Below, in pieces: positions 10,372 to 19,843 of a stretch of 64,000 nt of DNA; position 1 is the stretch's first letter, and each line of letters opens with the position of its first letter. Location: positions 4,175-68,174 of the forward strand of contig JARGPP010000024.1 of the NCBI GenBank assembly GCA_029210085.1, in the 5' to 3' direction. The notes below the pieces were generated by a model. It saw nothing but the letters and a program-made list of their open reading frames with translations, was not told the origin of the DNA and did not search any database. A program made the position numbers and the translations under genes. This DNA is from Legionellaceae bacterium (GTDB lineage: Bacteria; Pseudomonadota; Gammaproteobacteria; Legionellales; Legionellaceae).

Positions 10372-11538
10372 TTAAAGTGCTAACACGCGTTGATGCTCAT
10401 AGGCATCATCTCCAAGCGCTTCAGTCTCTAAATACTGTAGTGTATCTAAGGTAATGCCTTCGAATGTCATCCCATGTTGAGTCATTAAATAATAAACCAT
10501 CATTGCTGCCACATCATCATACGGTTTAATCTCAATCCATTGTTTACTATCCGTGATATAGACATGCCCTTCTACTTTCCCATTCTCTCCTATGGAAAAT
10601 TGAAAGTTACCTGAGTTAAGCGCGACGAGCTGAGAAGAACGAACGCCCTCTTCTTTTTCTGGCGAAAACTGCACCCAACCATCAACGGTATCGGTATAGT
10701 TCAACTCGACATAGTTATAAAGATATGAGCCACCTTGTACCACTCTTGACTTAAAATGGCGTGCAGACGCAAAACTCAAGCCTTTTTGCCCTGTTTCTTC
10801 ATTAAGCTCTCGCTTTGCTGTATGACTAACCGTTTTATCCATCGGCAATTTTCTAAGTGACACTGTCTCATTAATTTTCTGATTATCTAGTCGCCTCACA
10901 AGCACTTGCAAATCATGAGCCGTAAGCGTTCCATTTGCCTGTCTTTCTTCTGCTACACGCTTCAGCAATGTTTTTTTATACGCCAAATCAGGTTGGTTTG
11001 ATTGATAAAAACCACAAGGAAAATCGGCAACATCTTTGCTAACACCATCTCTTAACACCCGACTTTGTATGTTCAATAAAAGAGAAGTGGTATCATGACT
11101 TGTGTTTTTTACAATCGCAACAGCAGTCGAAGCCAACAAGGTCGGTTTAAAATAGCTGACATAAAAATCAATATTACCCAACTTAATGACACCAGGTCTC
11201 CACCCATGATTCATAATACGAGCCGCTATTTGTTGTTCAACTTTTGCTGCAATCTCTTGTTCTAATTGGACGCTTTCATCAGCTCGAGAGCCCGTGATAC
11301 CCGTATCTTTTTCTGCTAACTTTTCTTTTTCATCCGCATATGCGCGTATAAGAGATTGATGAGAAAGTTCCGCTTGCCGTCGTCCATATAAACAGCCTAA
11401 ATAAAACATCAGTGCCCCTGATGCAGTACAACTCAAACCAATTAACCATGCATTATCAGAAATATAACGGTTAGAACTAAACAAACGACTTCCAGTCGTA
11501 TCACCAAAGAATGTAGAACTAAAATTAATCGGCATCAC
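10372..11538 (-). CDS. Hypothetical N-terminally membrane-anchored protein with Nudix-like signature
   Basis: 388 aa with one N-terminal TM segment (AWLIGLSCTASGALMFYLGCLYG) and a coiled-coil-like stretch. A Nudix-like core follows: STAVAIVKN...LLLNIQSR...DFPCGF, then about 55 aa, then AKRELNEETGQ. This is a weak, motif-level call. Confidence 0.45.
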   Translation of the reverse strand: MMPINFSSTFFGDTTGSRLFSSNRYISDNAWLIGLSCTASGALMFYLGCLYGRRQAELSHQSLIRAYADEKEKLAEKDTGITGSRADESVQLEQEIAAKVEQQIAARIMNHGWRPGVIKLGNIDFYVSYFKPTLLASTAVAIVKNTSHDTTSLLLNIQSRVLRDGVSKDVADFPCGFYQSNQPDLAYKKTLLKRVAEERQANGTLTAHDLQVLVRRLDNQKINETVSLRKLPMDKTVSHTAKRELNEETGQKGLSFASARHFKSRVVQGGSYLYNYVELNYTDTVDGWVQFSPEKEEGVRSSQLVALNSGNFQFSIGENGKVEGHVYITDSKQWIEIKPYDDVAAMMVYYLMTQHGMTFEGITLDTLQYLETEALGDDAYEHQRVLAL

Positions 11539-11853
11539 AATCCTTATATAAAGAATAACCTAATCATCTCATCCTAACATAGAGTGATTTTAAATTTGAA
11601 CTGGATTTCTCGTATAAATTAATACGGCACCATCAACTGGTTTTTAAAAAATAAAAAGTAACCTCTTTACTGCCTTCCTGTATCAATCAAAAGGAACACA
11701 AACTTGGGGAACTTGTTACGGTATATACCGCATCAGGTCTATCTACAAAAATATATCGCACCACAGGTGTAGAGGTCGTCAATGATGAACCTTCCCCGAC
11801 ACATCGCCCATAAGCCAACACAATAACAAGGATTTTATATTGCCTTCTTTTTT

Positions 11854-12333
11854 TTATTGAATACCGATGTAAATGGCAACTTCATCAGCACTAATATATG
11901 CCTCAAAATCACTGATAAAATTACGTTGATACGTATCTGTCTTTTCAAAATATTTCCAGACTTGCTGCCAAGTTTCAATCACTGTATCAGGCATAGGTCC
12001 TTTACCTTCAAACACAAGATAATGTCCTGTTTGAACCTGAACAGTATGTAACTTAAGCTGTGACTCATCTAACGTATTTTTTTCATCTGATACATTAGAT
12101 TGCGTGCCCACTGTAATGCTATAAGGCCCCTGCTCATCAGTATCATAATCTGAATAAACACCAAATATAGAAGCGTTCAAGTTGGTAAGACCACTGGCAT
12201 AAAATTGCTGCCACAGACTGGGTATTTGAGCGGTTTTCTCATTAAACTCATCACTATTTTTTGTTTTCACATGAAAACCCTTTACGCTAAAGCCCTCAAC
12301 CTGTTTGACTCTTATTGATGGTGTGGATTGCAT
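11854..12333 (-). CDS. GyrI-like (AraC effector-binding type) small-molecule binding protein
   Basis: 159 aa. The pattern VKQVEGFSVKGFHVKT...IPSLWQQF...VYSDYD...YLVFEGKG is typical of stand-alone GyrI-like domain proteins. Confidence 0.7.
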   Translation of the reverse strand: MQSTPSIRVKQVEGFSVKGFHVKTKNSDEFNEKTAQIPSLWQQFYASGLTNLNASIFGVYSDYDTDEQGPYSITVGTQSNVSDEKNTLDESQLKLHTVQVQTGHYLVFEGKGPMPDTVIETWQQVWKYFEKTDTYQRNFISDFEAYISADEVAIYIGIQ

Positions 12334-12393
12334 CTTTTAACTCCTCAATATGTATAATAAATTGTATAATAAACCTACTACAAAAATGTATTC

Positions 12394-12774
12394 CTATGGT
12401 TTCTTTTGATTGAGCGCGACCACACGCAGTCGATTTTCATCCGGATCAAGTGCAACAAACGTATCACCATAAGACACTGTGCATAATGGAAAAATAATCT
12501 TCATTTTTTTTGCCTGCCATACTTTAAGTAGCTCATCTATGCTTTGATTCTTATCAAGCGTAAAAACCAATTCACCATTGCCATTTTTGTTATCTACCAA
12601 CGGCTCAACTGCATGCATTGCTTTCAACGCAAGCCCCATACCATTCGATAATTTGAAACTATGAAATGTAATAGATGCTTCTTCTGGAGTTATACCCAGT
12701 AAATCTTGATAAAAATGACTGCTTCTCATCAAATCGTGAACATAAAGCACCATCGTATCTGGCTCAAGTAACAT
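12394..12774 (-). CDS. VOC family (glyoxalase/bleomycin-resistance fold) protein
   Basis: 126 aa. The size and pattern (LYVHDLMRSSHFYQDLLG...FVALDPDENRLRV) fit a single VOC domain. Confidence 0.7.
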   Translation of the reverse strand: MLLEPDTMVLYVHDLMRSSHFYQDLLGITPEEASITFHSFKLSNGMGLALKAMHAVEPLVDNKNGNGELVFTLDKNQSIDELLKVWQAKKMKIIFPLCTVSYGDTFVALDPDENRLRVVALNQKKP

Positions 12775-12866
12775 ACTCTCTCCTTCTAACCCATAATCAA
12801 TAGATAAATAATCAAGCGTAGTTTACGGGTAGAGCATGACAGATTTTGTCAGCAGTGTTTGCCTAT

Positions 12867-13559
12867 TTATTGTTCGGGGATATGATGAATATCACGCCAT
12901 TCTTTTAATAAAAGGTGGCGTGGTTTTGGATAGTGTGCATCGAGTTGTGTTAACTTTATCATTCTATCTGTTCGAAAATGCCTGAAATTTTCTCTGAGCT
13001 CACACCAAGCCACAGTGACATGTCTTTCTTCAAAAAAACCCAGTGCAATGGGCCAAATAATACGTTCAGATTTCTCCTGCTTAACATCTACATAAGTTAT
13101 ATGAAGTTTATAAGCTTTGCGAATGGCGTAACGAATTAATGCTTCTTGCTCATCATCATGTGCTATCGGTGTATTAGAAGGACCAATAAGCAAACCTGAA
13201 AATTCGAGTTGATAACGTAAATCATCAGAAAGAACAGCTGAAATTTTCGCTAAAACATTGACTGCTGCCGCTCTTAGTTTTTTATCCGTTCGATGAGCTA
13301 CCCAGCGTGATCCCAGTACTAACGCTTCAATTTCTTCTTCTGAAAACATCAAAGGCGGTAATGTGAAACCCGGTTGCAAGATATACCCCATGCCCGGTGA
13401 GCCTTCTATTGAAGCACCTTGTGTTTGTAATGTGGCTATATCTCGATAAAGAGTCCGCAAGCTGATTGCAAGTTCATCGGCCAGTTGTTGTCCTGTAACT
13501 GGATAGCGATGGCGGCGTAAGATTTGAATCAGGTCAAAAAGACGTTGTGTTCTCGACAA
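12867..13559 (-). CDS. YafY-family transcriptional regulator (HTH + WYL domain)
   Basis: 230 aa with an N-terminal HTH (RLFDLIQILRRHRYPVTGQQLADELAISLRTLYRDIATLQ). The C-terminal region fits a WYL domain (ITYVDVKQEKSERIIWPIALGFFEERHVTVAWCELRENFRHFRTDR). Confidence 0.85.
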   Translation of the reverse strand: MSRTQRLFDLIQILRRHRYPVTGQQLADELAISLRTLYRDIATLQTQGASIEGSPGMGYILQPGFTLPPLMFSEEEIEALVLGSRWVAHRTDKKLRAAAVNVLAKISAVLSDDLRYQLEFSGLLIGPSNTPIAHDDEQEALIRYAIRKAYKLHITYVDVKQEKSERIIWPIALGFFEERHVTVAWCELRENFRHFRTDRMIKLTQLDAHYPKPRHLLLKEWRDIHHIPEQ

Positions 13560-13745
13560 GATAGAGCCCTCTCATGCTCATACAAAGATAATTTGATAGG
13601 AACCCATATTTTGAGCTTTCCCACCCCGTTTGAATTTAACCATTTACTCACTGAGAGAATAGTAGCATTCATAGCGCTGGTTTCTTTATCAGCTCTGTTT
13701 AAATCCAGAAAAATCAGGCAGTGAGCAACACTTTATATGACCCTG

Positions 13746-13764
13746 TGAGTCTATCATAGACTCA
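13746..13764. promoter_or_regulatory. Perfect 19-bp palindrome TGAGTCTAT-C-ATAGACTCA in the yafY-like/mtaD-like divergent intergenic region
   Basis: The palindrome is read directly from the sequence. An operator function is inference only. Confidence 0.3.
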
Positions 13765-13831
13765 TGCGAAACTTGCCCATTTAAATCCGTTTAATTTATA
13801 CTCTGCATTTGATTGATATAAAGGATTGTAC

Positions 13832-15148
13832 ATGCAAACTGCACAACATATTGTCCATGCCAAATGGATTTTATCAGGTGTTCCTAAACAACCGGCTTTA
13901 GAAAATCATTCTTTGTGCATCACAGATGGTAAAATACAAGCGGTGCTACCTACTTCACAAGTACAAGAGCATTATACTGCGGCCCGAGTAGATAACTATT
14001 TAGAACATTTAATCATGCCGGGTATTATCAATGCTCATACGCATATCGGGATGAATTATTTTCGTGGACTAGGTAGTGACCTATCGCTTATGGATTGGCT
14101 ACATAAACATATGTTTCCAACAGAAAAAAAATGGTTAAGTCACGCGTTTGTTTATGATGCGTCTTTGTTTGCTATGGCAGAAATGATTCGTAGTGGAACA
14201 ACTTGTTATAACGATATGTTTTATTTTTCACCTGCAACTGCAGAAGCAACCATACAATCAGGTATGAGAGCTTGTATTGGCATAACCGTTGCTGAATTTC
14301 CTACCAAGTGGGCTAAAACAACAGATGAATATTTTACAAAAGGCTTAGATTTTTATGAGCAATATAAAGATAATCCTTATATCACGACCACTTTTGCTCC
14401 ACATGCGCCATATACCGTTTCTGATGAATCATTTATACGTATACGAGAATTAGCAGACAAGTTTCAACTCAAGATTAATCTGCATTTGCATGAAACACTG
14501 GATGAAATTAACCAATCCATGCAGCAATTTAAAAAGCGCCCTGTCCGTAGAATTTATGATTTAGGTTTATTATCTCCGCAATTGATAGCCATTCATTGCG
14601 CAAATTTGAATGAAGAAGATCTAGATTTGTTCGCTCAAACTCAACCTAATGTCGTACATTGCCCAGAATCAAATATGAAGCTTGCAAGCGGAATATGTCC
14701 TGTAGATAAGCTAAGAGATATCGGTGTCAATGTAGCATTAGGTACAGATAGCGTTGCAAGTAATAATGACTTGGATATGCTTTCAGAAATGCGTAGTGCT
14801 AGCTTACTTGCAAAAATATCTACTTTAAATCCAGAAAGCCTAAAAGCGCACGAAGCATTGGAATTAGCGACTATTAATGGTGCTAAAGCAATTGGCTTAG
14901 AACATACAACAGGAAGTTTAGAGGTCAACAAGGCCGCTGATTTTATAGCTATTAATATGCAAGATATTGAAATGCTACCGGTCTTCGAACCAGAAGCACA
15001 AGTTGTATATTCTAGCAACCGACAACAGGTGAGTGATGTTTGGGTCAGTGGTAAGCAGTTAATGAAAAATCATGAGTTGTTAACCATTGACGAACAAGCG
15101 CTGAAACAAAAAGCCAAATCATTGGGTAAAAAGATAAAAACTTCATGA
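13832..15148 (+). CDS. mtaD: Amidohydrolase, TRZ/ATZ family (5-methylthioadenosine/S-adenosylhomocysteine deaminase-like)
   Basis: About 438 aa with the metal-binding HTH motif (PGIINAHTHIGMNYFRG), a HLHET motif and GTDSVASNN. The ATG at 13832 is preferred over the TTG at 13826. Confidence 0.8.
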   Translation: MQTAQHIVHAKWILSGVPKQPALENHSLCITDGKIQAVLPTSQVQEHYTAARVDNYLEHLIMPGIINAHTHIGMNYFRGLGSDLSLMDWLHKHMFPTEKKWLSHAFVYDASLFAMAEMIRSGTTCYNDMFYFSPATAEATIQSGMRACIGITVAEFPTKWAKTTDEYFTKGLDFYEQYKDNPYITTTFAPHAPYTVSDESFIRIRELADKFQLKINLHLHETLDEINQSMQQFKKRPVRRIYDLGLLSPQLIAIHCANLNEEDLDLFAQTQPNVVHCPESNMKLASGICPVDKLRDIGVNVALGTDSVASNNDLDMLSEMRSASLLAKISTLNPESLKAHEALELATINGAKAIGLEHTTGSLEVNKAADFIAINMQDIEMLPVFEPEAQVVYSSNRQQVSDVWVSGKQLMKNHELLTIDEQALKQKAKSLGKKIKTS

Positions 15149-15404
15149 AAAGCAGCAGGGTCGACAATGGATAAGCTTCAAGCGTTTTTATCGTATCTTA
15201 ACTGTCGACCGCTTCCTAGAAGTTAAATATTTTCGCCCTATTTGATGTATTTTTTATCTTATTTATACGAGCCAGCGAGTCATATGGTCCATGAACGATT
15301 AAATAGCCTGGTCTATTGAGAACTACATCTCGCGATTTATTCGGGTATCCAGTATTTTAACATTTAGGGCTAGATGCCTCGTATAAAACGAGGTACTAAC
15401 AACA

Positions 15405-16001
15405 TTATCGCTTATTGCCTTGTCGCATTTGGGTCAGCGCCGAGAAAAACTCCGGTTTATTTAAACCAATTGAAGCAAAAATTTGGGGTACTTTATCCCA
15501 GCTTTGCTCTAGTTCAATGCTTTCAACAACTAATTTAAAGCCATGTTCTTTATCTTCAGGCACGCCCCAAGCATTAATATAACAAAGCCCGTGCAAGCGT
15601 CTGGCCTCTACATGCTGAAGCCCTTCTGCAGCACTCAAGTAAGCATGTGCCTCCTCATAGAGCTGCTCCATACTACGCGCATTGCTTTGTGCAGCAAACA
15701 CAACTCCAGACTCCAGCTCCTCTCGCATTTTTGCTTCTTCAAGTAATGCCTTGCCTAATAAGTATTGCGCTTTCGAATCATGCAACATAGACGCTGCTCG
15801 ATAACAAGCTAACATTCTTTCACGTGCAAAAGGCCATTTTTTCTTACCATGCAACGCTGCATACATGCTGGCGAGCTGATGATACCCTGCTTTTTCGGTA
15901 CGAATTGCTTCATCTGTTGGCTGATTATGTTCACGAGCTTGCTTTAATAATAATAACTTCTTGATTAACCGTTTAATTTTTAACCGCTTAAAAAACCCCA
16001 T
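15405..16001 (-). CDS. Sel1-like (SLR/TPR) repeat protein
   Basis: 198 aa. Repeats of the type AQYLLGKALLEE... and ARRLHGLCYINAWGVPEDKEHGFKLVVESIE fit the Sel1 repeat consensus. Confidence 0.65.
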   Translation of the reverse strand: MGFFKRLKIKRLIKKLLLLKQAREHNQPTDEAIRTEKAGYHQLASMYAALHGKKKWPFARERMLACYRAASMLHDSKAQYLLGKALLEEAKMREELESGVVFAAQSNARSMEQLYEEAHAYLSAAEGLQHVEARRLHGLCYINAWGVPEDKEHGFKLVVESIELEQSWDKVPQIFASIGLNKPEFFSALTQMRQGNKR

Positions 16002-16010
16002 GAACTTCTC

Positions 16011-16580
16011 CTACTTTGCTTCTGGTGAAAAAGAAATCGCCCATTGAATCATATCCGAAACAATAAATACAAGTGTAATAATAACGACCATTTTCAAGAA
16101 AAAAAGTACGGACTCTTTGCTGTTTTGCTTTGCTCTTGTTGAAATTTTTACTGATGTCTTTTTTTGAGCTTGTGCTTCTTCAGCGAAGACTTTCTCTGCG
16201 GGTACTTCTTCCGCAGGTACTTCTGCAGCGAGCACTTCTTCTGTTTTTGCCTCTTTTGTCTCTTTTTCGTGCTCCGCATTTTCCTGCAGGAGTTCATTAA
16301 TTTCTTGTAATTTACTGATATGATGAGAAATAAGATAGGCAACCACACCAAATATAATCGCCGCAAAAAAACTCAATCGAAAAAACCAGCGAAAGGCCAC
16401 TGCATAGGTTGTATGGAACGTGGTTTGAATCCACAAAGAGGCGTCCAAAACGAAGTGAGGTATACGATACTCCCACCCTAACCAAACTGCCGGGAATAAA
16501 TAAGCAACAAATGGGAATAAAAACAGACTACAAATCAATGACATCAGTCCCAATAAAAACAAACGATCTTCTTGCTTCAT
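16011..16580 (-). CDS. Hypothetical membrane protein with Glu/Lys-rich repeat linker
   Basis: 189 aa with three N-terminal hydrophobic segments and one C-terminal segment. The central part is EKETKEAKTEEVLAAEVPAEEVPAEKVFAEEAQAQ. It starts 9 nt downstream... it ends 9 nt upstream of the Sel1 gene start (its stop at 16011, Sel1 start at 16001). Confidence 0.5.
   Translation of the reverse strand: MKQEDRLFLLGLMSLICSLFLFPFVAYLFPAVWLGWEYRIPHFVLDASLWIQTTFHTTYAVAFRWFFRLSFFAAIIFGVVAYLISHHISKLQEINELLQENAEHEKETKEAKTEEVLAAEVPAEEVPAEKVFAEEAQAQKKTSVKISTRAKQNSKESVLFFLKMVVIITLVFIVSDMIQWAISFSPEAK
16170..16241. repeat. Imperfect in-frame 15-nt (5-aa, A-E-E-V-P-like) tandem repeat inside ORF 16011..16580
   Basis: Consecutive units are gaagactttctctgc / gggtacttcttccgc / aggtacttctgc / agcgagcacttcttc. 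Confidence 0.5.
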
Positions 16581-16670
16581 AACCTACCCATCATCCCTGG
16601 CCTATAAAAAATAACATAGCAAACCCCGTACGACTTGCCAAGTGGTAAATAAATTCATTAAAATAGCCGA

Positions 16671-17204
16671 ATGCTAAAAAAAATGACCATAAAAACACCA
16701 GCTGGCAGTATGATTGCCATATCAGACGACAGTGCACTCTATCTTTTAGAATTCATAGACCGAAAAAATTTAGATAAAAACATTCAAAAATTGCGTCATG
16801 AAACAGGTCGTGTTCGGCTTGATGAAGGCCTTACCAAGCCTCTTTTATCGATTCAAGGTGAATTGACAGCTTACTTTGAAAATCAATTAGAAAAATTTCA
16901 GACCCCCCTTCAGCTAAGCGGTACACTATTCCAAAAGAAAGTTTGGCAAACTTTACAAAAAATTCCTTATGGTGAAACACGAAGCTATGCAGAGCAAGCA
17001 CATATGCTCCAGCGTCCGAAAGCCACCCGAGCGGTTGCCAATGCGAATGCAAGCAATCAATTTGCTCTGATCATTCCCTGCCATCGCGTCATTCGTACAG
17101 ACAAAACGCTCGGAGGATATGCCGCAGGCATTGAGCGTAAAAAATGGCTTCTTGAACATGAGGCCATGAAAAACATAATCATTCAAGAGATTAACCCCTT
17201 ATGA
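16671..17204 (+). CDS. ogt: Methylated-DNA--protein-cysteine methyltransferase
   Basis: 177 aa with the active site IIPCHRVI and the downstream motif GGYAAGIERKKWLLEHE. Confidence 0.85.
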   Translation: MLKKMTIKTPAGSMIAISDDSALYLLEFIDRKNLDKNIQKLRHETGRVRLDEGLTKPLLSIQGELTAYFENQLEKFQTPLQLSGTLFQKKVWQTLQKIPYGETRSYAEQAHMLQRPKATRAVANANASNQFALIIPCHRVIRTDKTLGGYAAGIERKKWLLEHEAMKNIIIQEINPL

Positions 17205-18031
17205 AAACACTCATTGTAATTCCCGCACGTTTTAACTCAACACGATTTCCAGGCAAGCCACTCGCAAAGATTGCAGGGGCCTCTATGCTAAGCCGTGTTG
17301 TTGATATTGCAAAAGCCGCCATTCACGGTAAGCGACACATCGAAATCGTTGTTGCAACCGATGACTCGCGCATTGCTAAACACTGCCATACAATCAATGT
17401 ACCCTCAATCATCACACCTGTTGACTGTGAAACAGGGACTGATCGCGCTCTTGCAGCCGTTCACGCACTTCAATCAAGCCCTGAGTTTGTGATTAATCTT
17501 CAAGGCGACGTCCCCTTAATGCCGCCTCAGTTTATTACAGCGCTTTTAGATGAAATAGCATCTGATCCTAGTGTTTCGATGCTAACCCCTGTTACACAAC
17601 TCTCTTGGGATGATTTAGATACACTCCGCCACAATAAAAAAACCACACCTTTTAGTGGCACCTGTGCTATTTTAAATAAAAATAATAACGCCATTTGGTT
17701 TTCAAAAAACATTATTCCAGCCATTAGAAAAGAAGAAGCGCTTCGCCTAACCTCAAAAAACGCTCCTGTCTTCCGGCACATTGGACTCTATGCCTATTCA
17801 CGGCAATTACTGGAAGAATATGTCACATGGGCACCGAGCCACTATGAACAACTCGAAGGTTTAGAGCAGCTCCGTGTTCTTGAAGCAGGCCATACCATTC
17901 GTTGTGTTCAAGTCAGTTCAAATCGTCCAACCCTATCAGGTGTTGATAGCCCAGAAGATATTGAGCGTGCTGAAGCACTTATTGCAACTCATGGCGAACT
18001 CTTAAACAATATTACAGGAGAAATTGCGTGA
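17201..18031 (+). CDS. kdsB: 3-deoxy-manno-octulosonate cytidylyltransferase (CMP-KDO synthetase)
   Basis: 276 aa. VIPARFNSTRFPGKPLAKIAG, NLQGDVPLMPP and EQLEGLEQLRVLEAG align by eye with E. coli KdsB. It has 4-nt overlaps with both ogt and the downstream gene. Confidence 0.87.
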   Translation: MKTLIVIPARFNSTRFPGKPLAKIAGASMLSRVVDIAKAAIHGKRHIEIVVATDDSRIAKHCHTINVPSIITPVDCETGTDRALAAVHALQSSPEFVINLQGDVPLMPPQFITALLDEIASDPSVSMLTPVTQLSWDDLDTLRHNKKTTPFSGTCAILNKNNNAIWFSKNIIPAIRKEEALRLTSKNAPVFRHIGLYAYSRQLLEEYVTWAPSHYEQLEGLEQLRVLEAGHTIRCVQVSSNRPTLSGVDSPEDIERAEALIATHGELLNNITGEIA

Positions 18032-18633
18032 TTCAGCTTATTATTGCACGACATGGAAATACCTTTGGGCCTGAAGATACTCCCACACGCGTTGGCGCAC
18101 GTACAGATATACCTTTGGTCCAATCGGGTATTGAACAAGCTGCTTTAATTGGACAGTATTTTAGGCATCACCAAATTATGCCAGATGTCATTTATAGCTC
18201 AGAGCTAAAACGTACTCAGCAAACAGCTGAACATGCTCTTTTGAACAGACCCATTACCCCCCTCTCGTGTTTTAACGAGATTGATTATGGTCCAGATGAA
18301 AATCAAACAGAAAATGAGGTGGTAGCCCGCATTGGCCAACCTGCTATTGATGCTTGGAATCAGCATGCGATAGTTCCAGACGGCTGGCAAGTTAACCCAG
18401 ATGCGATTATTCAAAACTGGCTTGATTTTGGCGCAATGATTCAGCGAGAACATGACAATCAAACTGTTTTTGTCGTCACGAGCAATGGCATTGCTCGCTT
18501 TGCGCCCTACTTAACAGGTGACTTCAAGACATTTTCTGAAAAGCATACCATCAAACTCAAAACCGGCGCTTTATCATCTTTTCGTCATTTTGATGATGCT
18601 TGGCATGTAGATTATTGGAATTTAAGACCCTAA
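18028..18633 (+). CDS. Histidine phosphatase family protein (phosphoglycerate mutase-like)
   Basis: 201 aa with the catalytic RHG motif (LIIARHGNT). The start overlaps the kdsB stop (GTGA). Confidence 0.75.
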   Translation: MIQLIIARHGNTFGPEDTPTRVGARTDIPLVQSGIEQAALIGQYFRHHQIMPDVIYSSELKRTQQTAEHALLNRPITPLSCFNEIDYGPDENQTENEVVARIGQPAIDAWNQHAIVPDGWQVNPDAIIQNWLDFGAMIQREHDNQTVFVVTSNGIARFAPYLTGDFKTFSEKHTIKLKTGALSSFRHFDDAWHVDYWNLRP

Positions 18634-18683
18634 AAATACGGTCCGTTTGCCCTCAGTACACCAACATCTACATTCAATCCTGT

Positions 18684-19838
18684 TTAGAGTGAAATAACTT
18701 GAATCACACGTTCAATGTCCGTTTCTGTTGTAAAACGACCCATTGAAAATCGTAATGAACTCTGAGCATCTGCATCACTCAACCCCAAAGCTCGTAATAC
18801 ATGAGACCCTGCCTCTCGAGATGAAGCACATGCAGAGGTTGTAGATAGCGCTAACTCATGAAAACGTATCCGTAATTCACTGTTTTCAACACCTTGGAAA
18901 CATATATTTACATTACCCGCGATACGTTCAGTTACACTTCCATTCACAATCATATGTGGCACAGATTCGATGGCTGTTAACAAACGCGTGCGTAACTTTA
19001 ATATATGCGCTTGCTCTTCCTCTCGTAAATTTTCGGCTAGTTCAAAAGCTGCTCCCATGCCAACAATTTGATGTGTTGGCAAAGTCCCTGCACGCAACCC
19101 TCCTTCGTGCCCCCCACCAAAGCTTTGCGGTATCATTCGAATACGTGGTTTTTGACGAACATATAAAGCACCAATACCCTTTGGTCCATATACTTTATGT
19201 GCCGAAAAAGACATTAAATCAACCGGCAAGTTGTCTAAATTAAGTTTTAAACGCCCAACACTTTGAGCTGCATCAACATGAAAAATAATGCCTCGGCCTT
19301 TCAAGCAGGCTCCAATAGATGCAATATCTTGTATCACCCCAATTTCGTTATTGACCTGCATCACAGACACAAGAATCGTATCGGGCCTAATGGCGGCTTC
19401 AAGTTGCGTTAAATCCAATAATCCATCTGATTTTGGATTAAGATATGTCACCTCAAATCCATTCTTTTCTAAGTGCTTAAAACTATCTAACACCGCCTTG
19501 TGCTCTGTTGCCATAGTAACGAGGTGTCGGCCTTTACGTTGATAAAAATTTGCTGCACCTAAAATGGCTAAGTTATCTGACTCTGTAGCACCTGAAGTAA
19601 ACACCAAAGCCTCAGGTGATGTACCAACCACACTTGCAATTTGTACGCGTGCTGTCTCAACTGCCCGCGCCGCAGCTTCTCCATAAACATGTGTTCTAGA
19701 TGCTGGGTTTCCAAAATTCCCCTGAAAACCTAAATAAGGCAGCATACATTCAATCACCCGCTCATCAACCGGTGTGGTTGCCATATAATCTAAATAAATC
19801 GGCTTATCTGTCATTGAGCACCTTTTGATATGTGTCAC
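18684..19838 (-). CDS. Cysteine desulfurase (IscS/NifS class I aminotransferase class V)
   Basis: 384 aa with IYLDYMATTPVD, the PLP-lysine region SFSAHKVYGPKGIGALYV and a SACAS active-site Cys loop. An alternative start lies at 19814. Confidence 0.9.
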   Translation of the reverse strand: MTHIKRCSMTDKPIYLDYMATTPVDERVIECMLPYLGFQGNFGNPASRTHVYGEAAARAVETARVQIASVVGTSPEALVFTSGATESDNLAILGAANFYQRKGRHLVTMATEHKAVLDSFKHLEKNGFEVTYLNPKSDGLLDLTQLEAAIRPDTILVSVMQVNNEIGVIQDIASIGACLKGRGIIFHVDAAQSVGRLKLNLDNLPVDLMSFSAHKVYGPKGIGALYVRQKPRIRMIPQSFGGGHEGGLRAGTLPTHQIVGMGAAFELAENLREEEQAHILKLRTRLLTAIESVPHMIVNGSVTERIAGNVNICFQGVENSELRIRFHELALSTTSACASSREAGSHVLRALGLSDADAQSSLRFSMGRFTTETDIERVIQVISL

Positions 19839-19843
19839 CTTGA

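Noticed and set aside
16148-16366. 72-aa Lys/Arg-rich ORF in another frame inside ORF 16011..16580.
   Set aside because: It is an alternative reading of the same Glu/Lys-rich repeat DNA. The longer frame has TM segments and a sensible start, so the nested one is regarded as an artefact.
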